Assembly (NCBI GenBank): GCA_903813345.2
Contig: CAIIXF020000001.1
Location: forward strand, 18,476,001 to 18,540,000
Reading direction: 5' to 3'
Source of the DNA: Owenia fusiformis
Taxonomy: Eukaryota
DNA length: 64,000 bases
Below, piece by piece: positions 24,701 to 36,871 of this stretch. The position numbers and the translations under genes were made by a program. Within the stretch, counting starts at the first letter, position 1. Each line of letters opens with the position of its first letter. The notes beneath the pieces were generated by a model. That model saw only the letters and a list, made by a program, of their open reading frames with translations, made no database searches and had not been told where the DNA came from.

Positions 24701-27700
24701 ATAGAGCTGGCATAAGCCTTATAGAGCGTTAGCATACTTTTACATGATATCCTTTTGCAGGCATATGTATCCTTCGCATCTAAAACGACACAATTGAGAT
24801 GAAAAATGTTAATATTTTAAAAATTGCTTTATGTTACTTCTGAAGATCAAACTCACTTTAATGCTAGGCTACAGTACATCTATTTCAAATAAGCTTGTGT
24901 TGTTTTATAGAACACAATTCAAAGTGCTTAGTAAAACTCTAAAAGATAGTTTTAAGCATTACTGGGATTGTGATATTGTTAGTGGAAGTTTTTTTTTTAA
25001 ATTCTTACATACCATACAGTGGCCCCCTCTGTTGGCTCATGTTGGCCTGGGACATTGGAGTGCCTGGGGGTCCTGTACTTGGCCCTGGGGTGGCTTTGGT
25101 ATCTTTGGGGGGTTGGGAAGGAGTGGCATTTGGGGCACCTCGGGATGCAGCAGATCTCTGACGGATTTCTAAAATATGACAAATAAATTTTGTAATTGTC
25201 TTTATTTCTAACACTTACAATGCAGTAGTACAATTACATGAAGTGCCGTAATGAAACAGATCACTTAAAAATAAAAGGAAACTTTAACTTAATGTGACCT
25301 TTTCTATTTACTTCCATGTTATCTAATATAACATTTATATCAGGTAGTCAATAGTCATTGAACACATGACAATTTCACTGACCTTGACCTTGAGGGGTCC
25401 TCATGGGTGTAGCACCAGGAGGTGGTTCTAACTTTTTGTAGTTCTCTGGATCAAACTTCTCCAGTATTTCTTTGGCTTTCTTATATGTCTCCTTCTCCAT
25501 CACCTCATTAAGCTGTAGTATAGATATCATTTTATTAATTTCATGGACATCCTTTAAGAACCCATCAATCTCTAAACACTAAATGATTTTTTACTGTCTA
25601 GCTAAATATAGATTTTGTAACACATTTAATATATAATTACCTATTATGTCCCTATCATTGAATATATGCCTGATGTCTGTCATCAATATAGCCTGAGCTT
25701 ACGAGGGCTATATTTCAACAGAAGAAGATACAGACATAATTTTTATCTTTATTTCCATATGCTACGTTATATTAATGACGTCACACGTCTGTTTGCGAGT
25801 GAAATTTGGAAGAAATGAAACATGATGTCATAAGATTGTCATGGTAAAAAAGTTTGGCGGCTATACAGGAATATATAGCTGACCTTCAGCTCCATTGACT
25901 TCCATACAAATGCTTCGCTAGGTATGTAATACTCAATAATACGGACATAATTGTTGTATTACATACCTTTACATATTTCCATGGCGACATTATATCAATG
26001 ACGTGTCTGTGTTCGAGTGAAATTTGGAAGAAATGAAACATGGCGTCATAAGATCATAATGGAAAAAAGTTTGGCGGCTATACAGGAATATATAGCCGAC
26101 TTTCAGCTCCATTGACTTCAATACAAATACTTCGCTAGGCATGTAATACAAGAAGTTATAGTTTGACAGCTGGTATATATATTATAAACATGAATCAGAG
26201 CCATTTTTTGAAAAAAATTTCAAATGGTTCAAAATTATCTGTCCCAAATGTGAATGCCTCTTTGAAGGATCCATGTAAAGGTTAAACTACTTTTAAAACA
26301 TTACACGGGCCTTAAACATGTTAACTGTGCTTTGATTGGACTTCTTACCATTTGTTTTTTCCTGTCCTTCAACTCTTCAAGGGCACTTTCTGAAACACAA
26401 AGATTACCAGGCATCTTGTAATTTTCATATAAATAGTACTGTGGGTACTGGGCTCACATTGTGTTGCTATATTGATGTTGAACAATAATAACAGGAATCC
26501 TATTGACAAAAGTTTTAAAACTGGCCAATTGTTGGCAGATGGACAGACAGACGGACGGAAAGAGTGTTTGATTGCAATAGCTCACCATGTGAGCTAATAA
26601 TGATAACTCATAACCCCTTCCTTTATATAAGTGTTTTCCTTTGAAATACAAGTTAACATTGGCAATGTGTAAACTTTATACAGTGTGAACAATAGTAAAA
26701 TAGGACAAAATTATACAGTATATGAAATAAAAAAAAATGATGAAGTCAAAAAATCTACATGTACTTTGAAGAAACAATGGATGATGTCTGAAGCATTGGG
26801 AGGATGGATTTTATTAACCCTGTGATATTTATTAAGAAATTAAAAAATTAAGAAATCTCTAGGCCATTTTTTCATTTACAATTAGACAGTTCTTGCCAGT
26901 GCCAGCATACCTCAAAAGTCCAGTAGTGCTTTATAGAGTAGACTGTCCTGGCAACCACTTAAGGCAGGAAATCTGGACAGAGACTCTCTTACATGTATAT
27001 ATTGCTAGGTGTGAAGAGTGGGGGATGTGACATTAGCTCACTTTGATTCTAAAAGATTAACTTGTGAAAATATTATCAGACATGAACAGCAAGGTAGGTT
27101 ACCCTGATTGCAACAGTTCTTTTCAATGTACTAGTAACCTCAGAATAGTTAGGGCAATTTTACAATTCAGCCGCTCCACCCCCACAGCTGGTAGCCATCG
27201 TGACTCAGATAACAAATCATTTCAAATTAACCCCACTGACTTTTTCCCAACCAATCAGTGAGCAGAAGGAAACATGTTTAAATAAATAAATAATGTTTCA
27301 TTTTGGTCATTACTGGATAAACAACCAGAACAACGGCAACGCCAAAGCGTAGCGAATCCCATCGAACAGAAATGGCTGGCATTTTTACAAACGAATAGCA
27401 AATATCATAAAACAACACACCAGAAAGGCCACCATTTTCAAAGTGGTTGCTCAGTAGCCAAGTTGTCATCAGGAGAAATAATATGCTTTTAAGAAGCCAC
27501 CTCTAAAATTTTTGAAAAATCGCACACGTACTTGTAAAATAACACACATAAAAATGGTGGCCATTTTTCAAAATGGCCGACTACTCCCCAAAGTTTTATA
27601 AGACAATGTGCCATGCTTAAAGTATTCACATATCAAATATGAACAAAATCGCTCCACTACTTTTCGAGTTATAGTAAAATACGTTAACATGACGGCCCTT

Positions 27701-30700
27701 TTTCAAAATAGCCACCTTCTACCAAAAGTGTCATTAGAAATAGACAGTGTGCGGTGCTTATAGTATTCACATACCAAATATGAACAAAATCACTCCACTA
27801 CTTTTCGAGTTATAGTAAAATATGTTAAAATGGCGGCCATTTTTCAAATTTTTTTCAAAATGGCCACCTTCTACTAAAAGTGTCATAGGACAGTGTGCCA
27901 TGCTTATAGTATTCACAAATTTGAACAAAATCGCTCCACTACTTTTCGAGTTATAGTAAAATACGTTAAAATGGGGGCCATTTTTCAAATTTTTTTTCAA
28001 AATGGCCGCCTTCTAGCAAAAATGTCATAGGACAGTGTGCCATGCTTATAGTATTCACATACCAAATATGAACAAAATCGCTCCACTACTTTTCGAGTTA
28101 TAGTAAAATACGTTAAAATGGCGGCCATTTTTCAAAATGGCCGCCTTCTACCAAAAGTGTCTTTAGACAGTGTGCAATGCTTATAGTATTCACATATCAA
28201 ATATGAACAAAATCGCTCCACTATTTTTTGAGTTATAGCAAAAATCGTAAAATGACGAGTAAAGGCCGCCATTTTTCAAGATGGCTGCCACGTGCTTCTT
28301 TAATATCTACATTTGTAACATTATTAATGTCCTTTATAATTTTTTTACATTTAAAACATATTGCTATTACAGTTTTACATATTGCACCTAAATTACTGTA
28401 AAATCCGCACTAAAATGGCCGCCATTTTGAAATGAGCGGCCATTTTGAAAATCGGCTTTTGAGCAGAACTTCTACCCCCATAGGGTATATGTGTACAAAA
28501 TATGAACAAAATCGGGCCAACCGTATTTCAGTTATTGCCCGGACGGACGGACAGACGGACGGACGGAGGCGTTCCCTATATCCCTCCGAACTTCGTTCGA
28601 TGGGATAATGACTTCAGACAAAATGACCATATAAAAGAAAACCACTGTTCTGGCAATGACAAGCTCTGATTGGCTTGGCGAGGTCTGAGGTTTGTCTTAA
28701 ACTGAGTGTAGAGGAAACCTTTTAAGTAGCTTATTCAAAGGAATGCAAAGGGTAAAGGTAAGTTTGGCAAGGAGATTTAAACACACTTGGTGAATTGTTT
28801 GGTTTACTTGTTAACTGAAGGTTGGTTTGAACCGCTTAAATCTAAGTCTAAATACAAGTAAAAACAAAATTTGTCCATGTTAGCTTAACACTTGACGCTT
28901 AATTTGTCTACCATGCTAACATCCTGTTATAAATAAATTTGATCTTGAGATAAATATTATCTGTAACATTACATAAAGAGGTACATAGAGAGATGTATAG
29001 CGAGTGCCAAATAGCAAGTTCATTCAGCTTGGCTTAATGCGATTTACCTATTTCAAAGGATATACTTTTTTGTTTTCAACAATCATAAAAATAGAATAAT
29101 TTTATAGGTGAAGGACGCTAACACAAAGTGAACTGATGAATATGGCCAACAAGGAGACACTCAAGGAGACAGAATATCAAATATAAGCATTCCTTTAAAT
29201 ATACACGATACTTCAGCAAGGAAGGATACCAATTTATTTAAAGAATGGAAACCTACATGTACAAGAGAGAGATAAATATCATATCTACTTTATTAGTGAT
29301 TCTCAATGTTGCACCTTATACAAAAGGTAATTTTAAAAAATAATAATTTAGTTTATTTATATTGTACAATTTTAGGAAGATGACATTAAAGGCCCTGTAC
29401 ATTAGTTTGAAAATATAGTTTGATCATTGAAATATCACTTTTCATGAATTGAAAAACCATTTGAGATATATAAAGTTGTTAATCTTATATTTTCATATTG
29501 TGGAACACATTATTTTCTGTACTCAAACGAAAAGATCAGGTGATTGTCATATTATCATTATTTCAACCATTCAATCTATGATTTAATGCGAATATAAACT
29601 TTAAAAGCTCTCAAACTCTATGAATTTGAAGAAAATCTGACAAGCTATTTTATTGAAATCATGACGACAAAAAGCAGAATGCCACCACAATTACTTTTCT
29701 GAAAACGCAACCAGCATGACAACTTTACATCAGTGGTGGAGTTATAACAAATAACAAAAAAGTAAAATATTGAAAATCATAATGTGAGACACAACCTATT
29801 CAGACTGAACCCGCAAAACACTTGATATGAATAACACAAGCAAATGTGATGTGAAGCAAACAATTAATCATTTTTGAATTTGAATTTTGTTTTTCAACTT
29901 ATAAGTGTTTATGTTGGATCCAAAATTTTGTGTTATTGGCACATATTCATTTTAAGAAGACAACTGAAAAAATTTGTGAAATCCATTTTATGGAGATATT
30001 GATATGCAGTATTGTTTGACCTCTTTCTCCCCTATTATTTTGAAATTAATGGTTGGCCTGACAGTGACAGGTCATCTCAACCCAGTAAAACTAAACCCAT
30101 GTCTGAAATTTTGAATAAAACATTCCTCTTATAAGAACAACCCTCTCTCACCAAATGTGACAGTTGTAATCAACAAATAGACCAATTAATTGATGTTCAT
30201 CAAAAGTTCTACAATAATGGCAGCAATCTTAAAAAAAATATTTCTTTTTTCCAGGGTCCAGATATGGAGCTGAGGATGGAACAAAATACATTATACCCTT
30301 AGTGCTATCTCTTACTATCCTAGTGATAGTTACAATAATTGTGTGCTGCCTAACCAGCAAGAAACAATACTTTAAGAAAATTGTAGAATGGTGTTCTACA
30401 ATTGGTTCAAAAAATGGTACAATTACAAGGAAAACACATTCAAAAACAATTCAAAATGCAACCTCCATCCAGATGATAGTTTTGCAACAGAAACCAACAG
30501 ATATGATAGAAATGGAAAGTGGAGGGGACATTCCAGTGGAGCCTACATGCATAAATGACAATTATTCCTGTAATCAAAGCGAGGAACATAGTGACACAGA
30601 AAAACTTTTGCAAGATAAATGTAAAATATCTCATTCTCATCCCCCAGAGATATTCTTAAAGGGGCAACAAAGACTATAGAGAGTAGTTTGGAATAATTTT

Positions 30701-33700
30701 TGAAAAAATGTTACAATTTTACTATATCTCTTGCTCTCATTATTCCATGTCATTTCTATAATAAAAGATTAGATTGAAGATCTGGATTTGATTCTTGTGT
30801 AGTCTGCCAAAAAAATAAAGAAGGAGTACCCTTCAATTTTGACATTTAAGGTATTCAATAACTTCTGTATTTGATCAAATATCTCAATTCAGAAAATGAA
30901 AATATTGCTTCTACATTTCACCATACTCGAGTCTTTGCTGCAACTTAAATTTAGAAATTATGATAAAACTACTCAAACATACTTTGGTCACATATCGTAT
31001 GTTGAATCTGATCATTGTGAGTTGTAACGAATTTGTTTTGCACTATATTTGGTGAGCAATTCATCAATGAAATTTAATTATCTTATCTTATATATTAAAA
31101 CACTAAAAGACTGACCCATGTGTTCTTTATTGTGCACCACTTGTGAATACCATACATAAACTTACCATTTTTGGAGATTCTCTTCACAAAATACCAATGG
31201 AAGATTCTTTTTAATAGCCATATTCTGAAAAAATATAAAAAAGTGATTAATAAAAATGGACGACATAAAAAATATGGCAATTGCTCAATAAAAGTGTAAT
31301 TATGTATCGGATGTCCCAAAAAATGAGAAACGTTTTGCCAAGTATTTTCTCGGCAACTGATCAATCAAATTCACTGAAAATTTGTACAGAGTAGCCTGAG
31401 AGTATCATTAGCAAAATCTTAAAAAGATCAAGTAAATATTCCGTGAAAATTAAGAAATTCAAAATAGCATGTCAAAAATCCCAATACCAGAGCTCAGCGA
31501 TGAGACCTCTATAGTGTTTGTACCAGCTATCAGGTGATAGCATTTGTTTATCAGTCAAACTACTACTAGCCTGTTTGTGTGTCATGTCTACCTAATTCAT
31601 TTCATTCTTTCCAAATATCCAAAATCCATTCATTCTCAAAATTCATTGGAGGTGATATTGTTAGAATAAATACGGAAAGGTATTTTGCTTGGAAATGGAT
31701 TAATAAGAGACTATTACATTGATATTGGTAATTTTGACATATTGTCTTCAATTCTAAAATACACACATAATACGAGGTCAATTTCTTAGACATTTACAGC
31801 ACTAGCAGAAGATACCCTAAAGTGCCTCAACTTGAATTTTAAAATAATTTGACTCATCTATTGCTGAGAAATTACTTGTCAAATTGTTGTTGTTTTCACC
31901 ATTTTCACCATGAATGAGGTTAATTTGTATGCAAATATTTTACCCGTATGTTAATAGTAACACCCACACCTGGTAACTGAAAAGCTAGCCAGTCAAGAGC
32001 AAATATATCCAGCAGCTCCATATAATGGTTTATGAATTCCTCACTTCAGCAACCAGGACGTTATAGGCCATTAACACAACGCAACCAAGACGTTATGAAA
32101 TTCGCCAGATTATTTGCCAAAGTCAATGTGTGCTTTTTAGGGGATGTGCGCTCTTTAGAAAGAAAATGGTATTGATGAACCAACAATTTTGAACATTTAA
32201 TTTTGTCATATAGAGTATAAAAATATATGCAACCAGTTAAACCGGTATCTACCCAATAAAATACATTGCTTTTGAGTTAAAGGCCCCATGTAAAGTTTAA
32301 ACCACTTTGGCTTATATTATAGTCTTACCCAATTTTATCAAAGTGTGATATGTGAAACTTTTTTTTTTAATTTCAAAAAGTGGTTTTTGATAGACTTTTT
32401 GTTCCAAAATTTGTGAATTTATTTAAAACCAACTTTTAGAGGTCACTCATATCTTCTAATTAGCCACAATTCATACCAATGCATAGCATACATCTTCCCA
32501 TGTTTTTTGCCGAAAAAAATAAGAAAATCGGTTGATAAACAAGCGAAAAATGAACTAATCAGTGCATGAAAATGGTTCTGAGAAAAATGCATTTCAATAT
32601 TTTAGTTCTCATAGAAACCAATGGTACAATGATATCTAAAACATAATCTATTCTTCCTTTTAACCTGGTTAGACAATCAACATTGGTTTTTTATGAAAGT
32701 CTAGCATATTTAGAAAAGATTGACATCGAAAAAAAAAATTCAATCAATCACTAATGTTTCAAAATATTTTTGATAAGCTAAAACATTGAAGTGGCCCATT
32801 AAATATGACATTTTATTATTGAAATAATGTGTCTTTTGTTCAATCTTTGCATTGGTGTTAAAAATATAATCTTTTTTGAAATGCATTAAGAAATAATTGA
32901 TGATTAAGAAATTTCAACTTTTTTGAAAAATGGCGGGAAATTTGAATATTTGAGAAATGAAATGCTCACAACTTTTTTTTCAAAAAAAATTTTTTGTTCA
33001 AAAATCTCTAAAATCACTTTTTAAGTCCTGACAAATAGTAAATGAATGATAAGAAAATATTTTCAAACTTTAGACGGGGACTTTAAGCTATCAGCTTCTA
33101 TCCTGAATTTTGCCCACCAGTCAAATAACAGTCATAAGTATTTTCAATACTTTGTCTAATTTCAAAGTACTAAATCAGGCACATGGAATCAAAAATGTCC
33201 AAAAAAGTAATAAGTTCAAGATTTTCATACATTGTACCAAGAAATGTCCCTGAAAATCTCAAATCAGTACGAAATGATATGTAGCAAGTCTAAAATTCCA
33301 AATTCCAATGCAGTTACAAAGCCCATACAAGGCATTAACAAGCAAAATGACACCACAAGCCATTTGCTACAGATGCCACCCATCAAATGCCAACCAGTTG
33401 GACACCATAACAATATGTCACTTCCACAAGTGACAATATGTCACTACCACAAGTGGTGACATAAAATGATATGTAGCAAGATTCAACTTACATGAGAGGA
33501 AATGTTAATAGTGGTGTAGAGTACAATAGTTTATCCTGCCATCTCTCTGGCATATAATAGAAGTAAAAGAGCAAGCCTGCTATGATGTAACCCACTATAG
33601 AGTACAGAAGGAGGGTGCCTATAATCTTCTTCTGGAGGTCAAGGTTTTGCTGTTTAACTTTCTGGAGGGATTCAATCTCCTGAAAATTATAAATAAATAC

Positions 33701-35634
33701 TCAAATTCAATGAATCAAGATGTGGTCAGTATATCATAAGAAGCAAGCAACAAACAAATGATTCATTGTATTAAATGATATTGGCGTGTATGAATGCTTG
33801 TGTCTGTCTGAGTTACAGGAATTTTTATGATAACTTTTCACTTAAAATTCAATTTTCTTACTACATACCTCTTCTAGCCCTTCTAACTCCTCCACAGTTG
33901 ATTTCTTTTTCTGGAAACAAACACAAATTGAGTAAAAGATGAGATGAATAAAATCACTATACCGGGTAAACCTGCATGTTATTTTCTGGTACAAAAGTAC
34001 AAAGTCATTCATGGGGTACTTTTTTGACATTTGGTATGGCAATGGACCCAAATTTTAGGACCTGGTATGAGAATGCCTCCTAAATTATGACTTTTGAGGT
34101 ATGGCAATGGTCGTATTTTTCCACTTTCTGGTATAAGAATGGTCATGGAAAATATGTTACCTCTCACTTGTGGTATGGCATTGGTCTAGTTGTTACACAT
34201 GTTTGAGGTTGTCTTGGGTCATTTTCCTCAAAGATCTGCCTTCTTCCCGGGGCTTTACACAATAAATACCCTTGGCCTTATATTTGGACATTTGGTATGG
34301 CATTGATCCTATATTTGGACATTTGGTATGGCATTGATCCTATATTTGGACATTTGGTATGGCATTGATCTTATATTTGGATATTTGGACATTTGGTATG
34401 GCATTGATCCTATATTTGGACATTTGGTATGGCATTGGTCCTATATTTGGACATTTGGTATGGCATTGGTCTTATATTTGGATATTTGGACATTTGGTAT
34501 GGTATTGATCCTATATTTGGGCATTTGGTATGCCATTGGTCTTATATTTGGACATCTGGTATGGCTCATTAGAGGATGAGATGACAGGTATGAAAAACTG
34601 AGTTGAAGGGTAACAGAAAATAACTATTCTCAATCTCATAAATATTTCTAAAATAATATTAAATATTTTTTCACAACCTTGCTTTTTTAGAGAGTACATG
34701 GCAAGTGAAATGTGATGATGTCTAGCCATGTTGGCTAGAGACTCGAGTAAACCTATAGTTTGAAGGTATCAATACAAACTTGGACAAAATTTCCTGAGGA
34801 GACAATATTCTTATTTATACCTAGTTCAGCAGGTTTGAATCTGAGATGACAGATGAGGGGTGCACACAGTGACCACTATCAATCTTCATTCTTCAATATT
34901 AGATACATTATTCAATATTAGATACATTACATTATTCTATTATATTAGATATTAGATAGATGGTGCTGGCTGTGAGTGCTCTCTATCTTTGCCAAAACTG
35001 AGATGACGGGTAAGAGTTATTCTGTGCCAGCCAATAGTAAACTAGGTATTATTAAAAGGAGTTTCACACACATAAAGGAAAATATAATTCCACTGTATAA
35101 ATCCATGATCCGACCAATTCTAGACTACGGAAATAGCATCTGGCATCCAAGATTCTTAGGCGATAACAGAAAAATAGAGCAAATACAAAGACGAGCTACT
35201 AAATTAATACCTGGAATAAAGGATAAGCCCTACCAAGAAAGACTGAAAGAGCTAAAGCTACATTCACTTCAATATAGATGCAGAAGGGGCGACATGATCC
35301 AAGTCTTTAAAATCATGAATGGAATCGACACAATAGAGCCAAGCTCCTTCTTTACTAAGGCTACCACTACCACCAGAGGGCATTCCTTGAAGCTATACAA
35401 GCATCACTGCAACACTACTGTGAGAAGAAACTCCTTCAGCAACAGGGTTATTGATGACTGGAACAGCCTTCCCGAGATGATTGTGATGTCTGACAGTGTA
35501 GATCAGTTTAAAGGGAGGCTAGACAGATTTTGGCAAACTTACCACTATGATATAGTTTAATTAAATATGAACTATAAATAAGAAAGATCTGAGCATTAAC
35601 AGGACTGTTAGTTAAGACCTACAAGCTCAGAATC

Positions 35635-35670
<36 letters not shown>

Positions 35671-36470
35671 GGACTATAGTCAACGTCTCAATCTTTTGCC
35701 GTTCTGCCGATAAACCTAGATAAATGTGGATTCAACTACACGAAAAGAATGCTAAAATACCCAGGAATCTATTGAAGTAGGTATCTTACATGTAAGTGTA
35801 AGAGGCAAAAGATTGAGACGTTCTTGGGACTATAGTCCTGGCACGGGATAAGGTTAGTATGTATCCAACAGACTGACTAGGAGTCAGTCTGTTATGATGT
35901 ACTACTTTCCTGTGGAAATTGCAGTGAAATTTTTTGCACAAAATTATCAATTAGAGGAATCATTTCTTCAATGAAATAAACATTACAAAATTTCAATTAA
36001 ATAGTAAGGTACAATTAAAAGCAATAAAAAGTAACACAGCATATTGTCAAGTGAAAATAAAGCTAGTTGAAGTAGCAAATGTGCAAATTAATTTTACCCA
36101 ATTGGCCATTTTGAATAGCACTTCCTATGTAAACAAATATTTAGAATTGCCAAACTTTAACATAGGTGCCTTATAGAATATAATTCAGACTTAATAGGAT
36201 ATAGTCTAGGATAAGGTAAGAGAACTGAGATGATGCATATGGGACTAAGATGAAGGGTGACCTGCATGTATACTGATGTTGACCTGACATTACGAACAGC
36301 TTCGGTATTTCCGATATTGACCTGACAATAGGAGCAGCTTTGATACAGCTGTATAATTTCGAAAAATCTACAAAATTATAAAAGAAGTATGTCATAATGG
36401 ATCTTTAATGCGTTAAAACAGTAAAATTTATACTTATACATACCCTCCATCTTGATATTATGGCCCCCAT
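21759..36470 (-). CDS. LNPK: ER junction formation protein lunapark (10 coding exons, ~385 aa)
   Basis: Exons (minus): 36470-36444, 33910-33869, 33679-33492, 31224-31166, 26389-26349, 25512-25383, 25168-25013, 23274-23101, 22682-22524, 21940-21759; phase-consistent (1158 nt). Myristoylation-type start MGAIISRWR, two TM segments, VMEKETYKKAKEILEKFDP, and zinc finger YLLGDGPQNRYALICKQCHSHNGMALKEEFEY...FRCCYC. Confidence 0.96.
25775..26148. repeat. Two direct copies of a ~150-bp segment (internal part of a repeat element) in LNPK intron 5
   Basis: GAGTGAAATTTGGAAGAAATGAAACATG...AAGTTTGGCGGCTATACAGGAATATATAGC...CTTCGCTAGG occurs at ~25797 and ~26016. Confidence 0.8.
27320..28610 (+). mobile_element. 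Helentron-associated (HINE/DINE-1-like) non-autonomous element carrying an internal ~125-140-bp tandem array
   Basis: About 5 units of AAATATGAACAAAATCGCTCCACTACTTTTCGAGTTATAG...AAAATGGCCGCC, followed by a (GGAC/AGAC)n microsatellite and a 3' palindrome TATCCCTCCGAACTTCGTTCGATGGGATA. The 5' boundary is approximate. Confidence 0.75.
29245..30679 (+). CDS. Putative nested antisense gene: small single-pass membrane protein (~168 aa) of unknown family
   Basis: Coding exons 29245-29326 (METYMYKREINIISTLLVILNVAPYTKG, donor AG|GTAAT) and 30255-30679 (acceptor TTTCTTTTTTCCAG) join in phase (507 nt). The product has a signal-like segment, a ~10-aa ectodomain, TM helix YIIPLVLSLTILVIVTIIVCCL, KKQYFKK stop-transfer and a cytoplasmic tail. 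Upstream acceptor at 29107, strong donor AAG|GTAAGT at 28757, AATAAA near 30760 and 30814. Confidence 0.62.
32281..33082. mobile_element. ~800-bp TTAA-flanked non-autonomous DNA transposon (Kolobok-like) in LNPK intron 3
   Basis: TTAA|AGGCCCCATGTAAAGTTT...AAACTTTAGACGGGGACT|TTAA: imperfect 18-bp TIR. Confidence 0.6.
34270..34565. repeat. 31-bp minisatellite (TATATTTGGACATTTGGTATGGCATTGATCC), ~9 copies, with degenerate relatives at 34020-34190
   Basis: Direct periodicity; some units carry an extra 9-bp ATATTTGG(A) subrepeat. Confidence 0.9.
35020..35670 (+). mobile_element. 5'-truncated CR1/L2-group LINE (C-terminal end of ORF2, 3' UTR and (GAT)n tail), antisense within LNPK intron 1
   Basis: ORF 34976-35560 carries ANSKLGIIKRSF...LYKSMIRPILDYGNSIWHP...IEQIQRRATKLIP...YQERLKEL...RRGDMIQVFKI...TRGHSLKL...FSNRVIDDWNSLP, typical of the CR1-like ORF2 C-terminus; about 12 x GAT follow at 35635-35670. 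Confidence 0.93.
35670..35839. mobile_element. ~170-bp inverted-repeat element abutting the LINE tail
   Basis: AGGACTATAGTC-AACGTCTCAATCTTTTGCC...GGCAAAAGATTGAGACGTT-cttgg-GACTATAGTCCT. Confidence 0.65.
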
Positions 36471-36871
36471 TATTAGTTATGCTCAACAATCACTTGGACG
36501 TTGACAATCAGTCAAAAACAGTTCATATTTTCAAAAGAATATTCCAACGAACTTCCGCCATTGGGATTTATTATTTTCGAATCTTAAAAATCAAATCTAA
36601 AATCAAAATATTTGCTATGTTACTTGTCTCACTGAACCAATAAGGTAACATTTAATGGCAAAACAATTTATACTTTTGAAGATGATAGTTTCTTTCTGTA
36701 TGCATCATGGAAAATAGTAAATTCGCAATGCGTAGTCTCGGTTAAAAGAGAGCAAAGCTAGCAAATCTAAAGCGGAAACGATAATAATTTCTATAGAAGA
36801 TTTACCAATCATTTGATATCAGCAGGAGTGACTTGCATTAATAAATAAAATTACTATAATCATATTGTAAT
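36471..36871. promoter_or_regulatory. Probable bidirectional promoter shared by LNPK and GTF2F1
   Basis: Start codons diverge only ~400 bp apart; ETS-like ACTTCCG (~36551) and GCGGAA (~36772), and CCAAT (~36637, ~36805). TSS positions are not observable from sequence. Confidence 0.7.

Noticed and set aside
36084-36100. Alternative LNPK start exon ATG GCC AAT TGG|GTAAAA (minus strand)
   Set aside because: Weak donor and no conserved MG..SRWR myristoylation start, which is present at 36470-36444.
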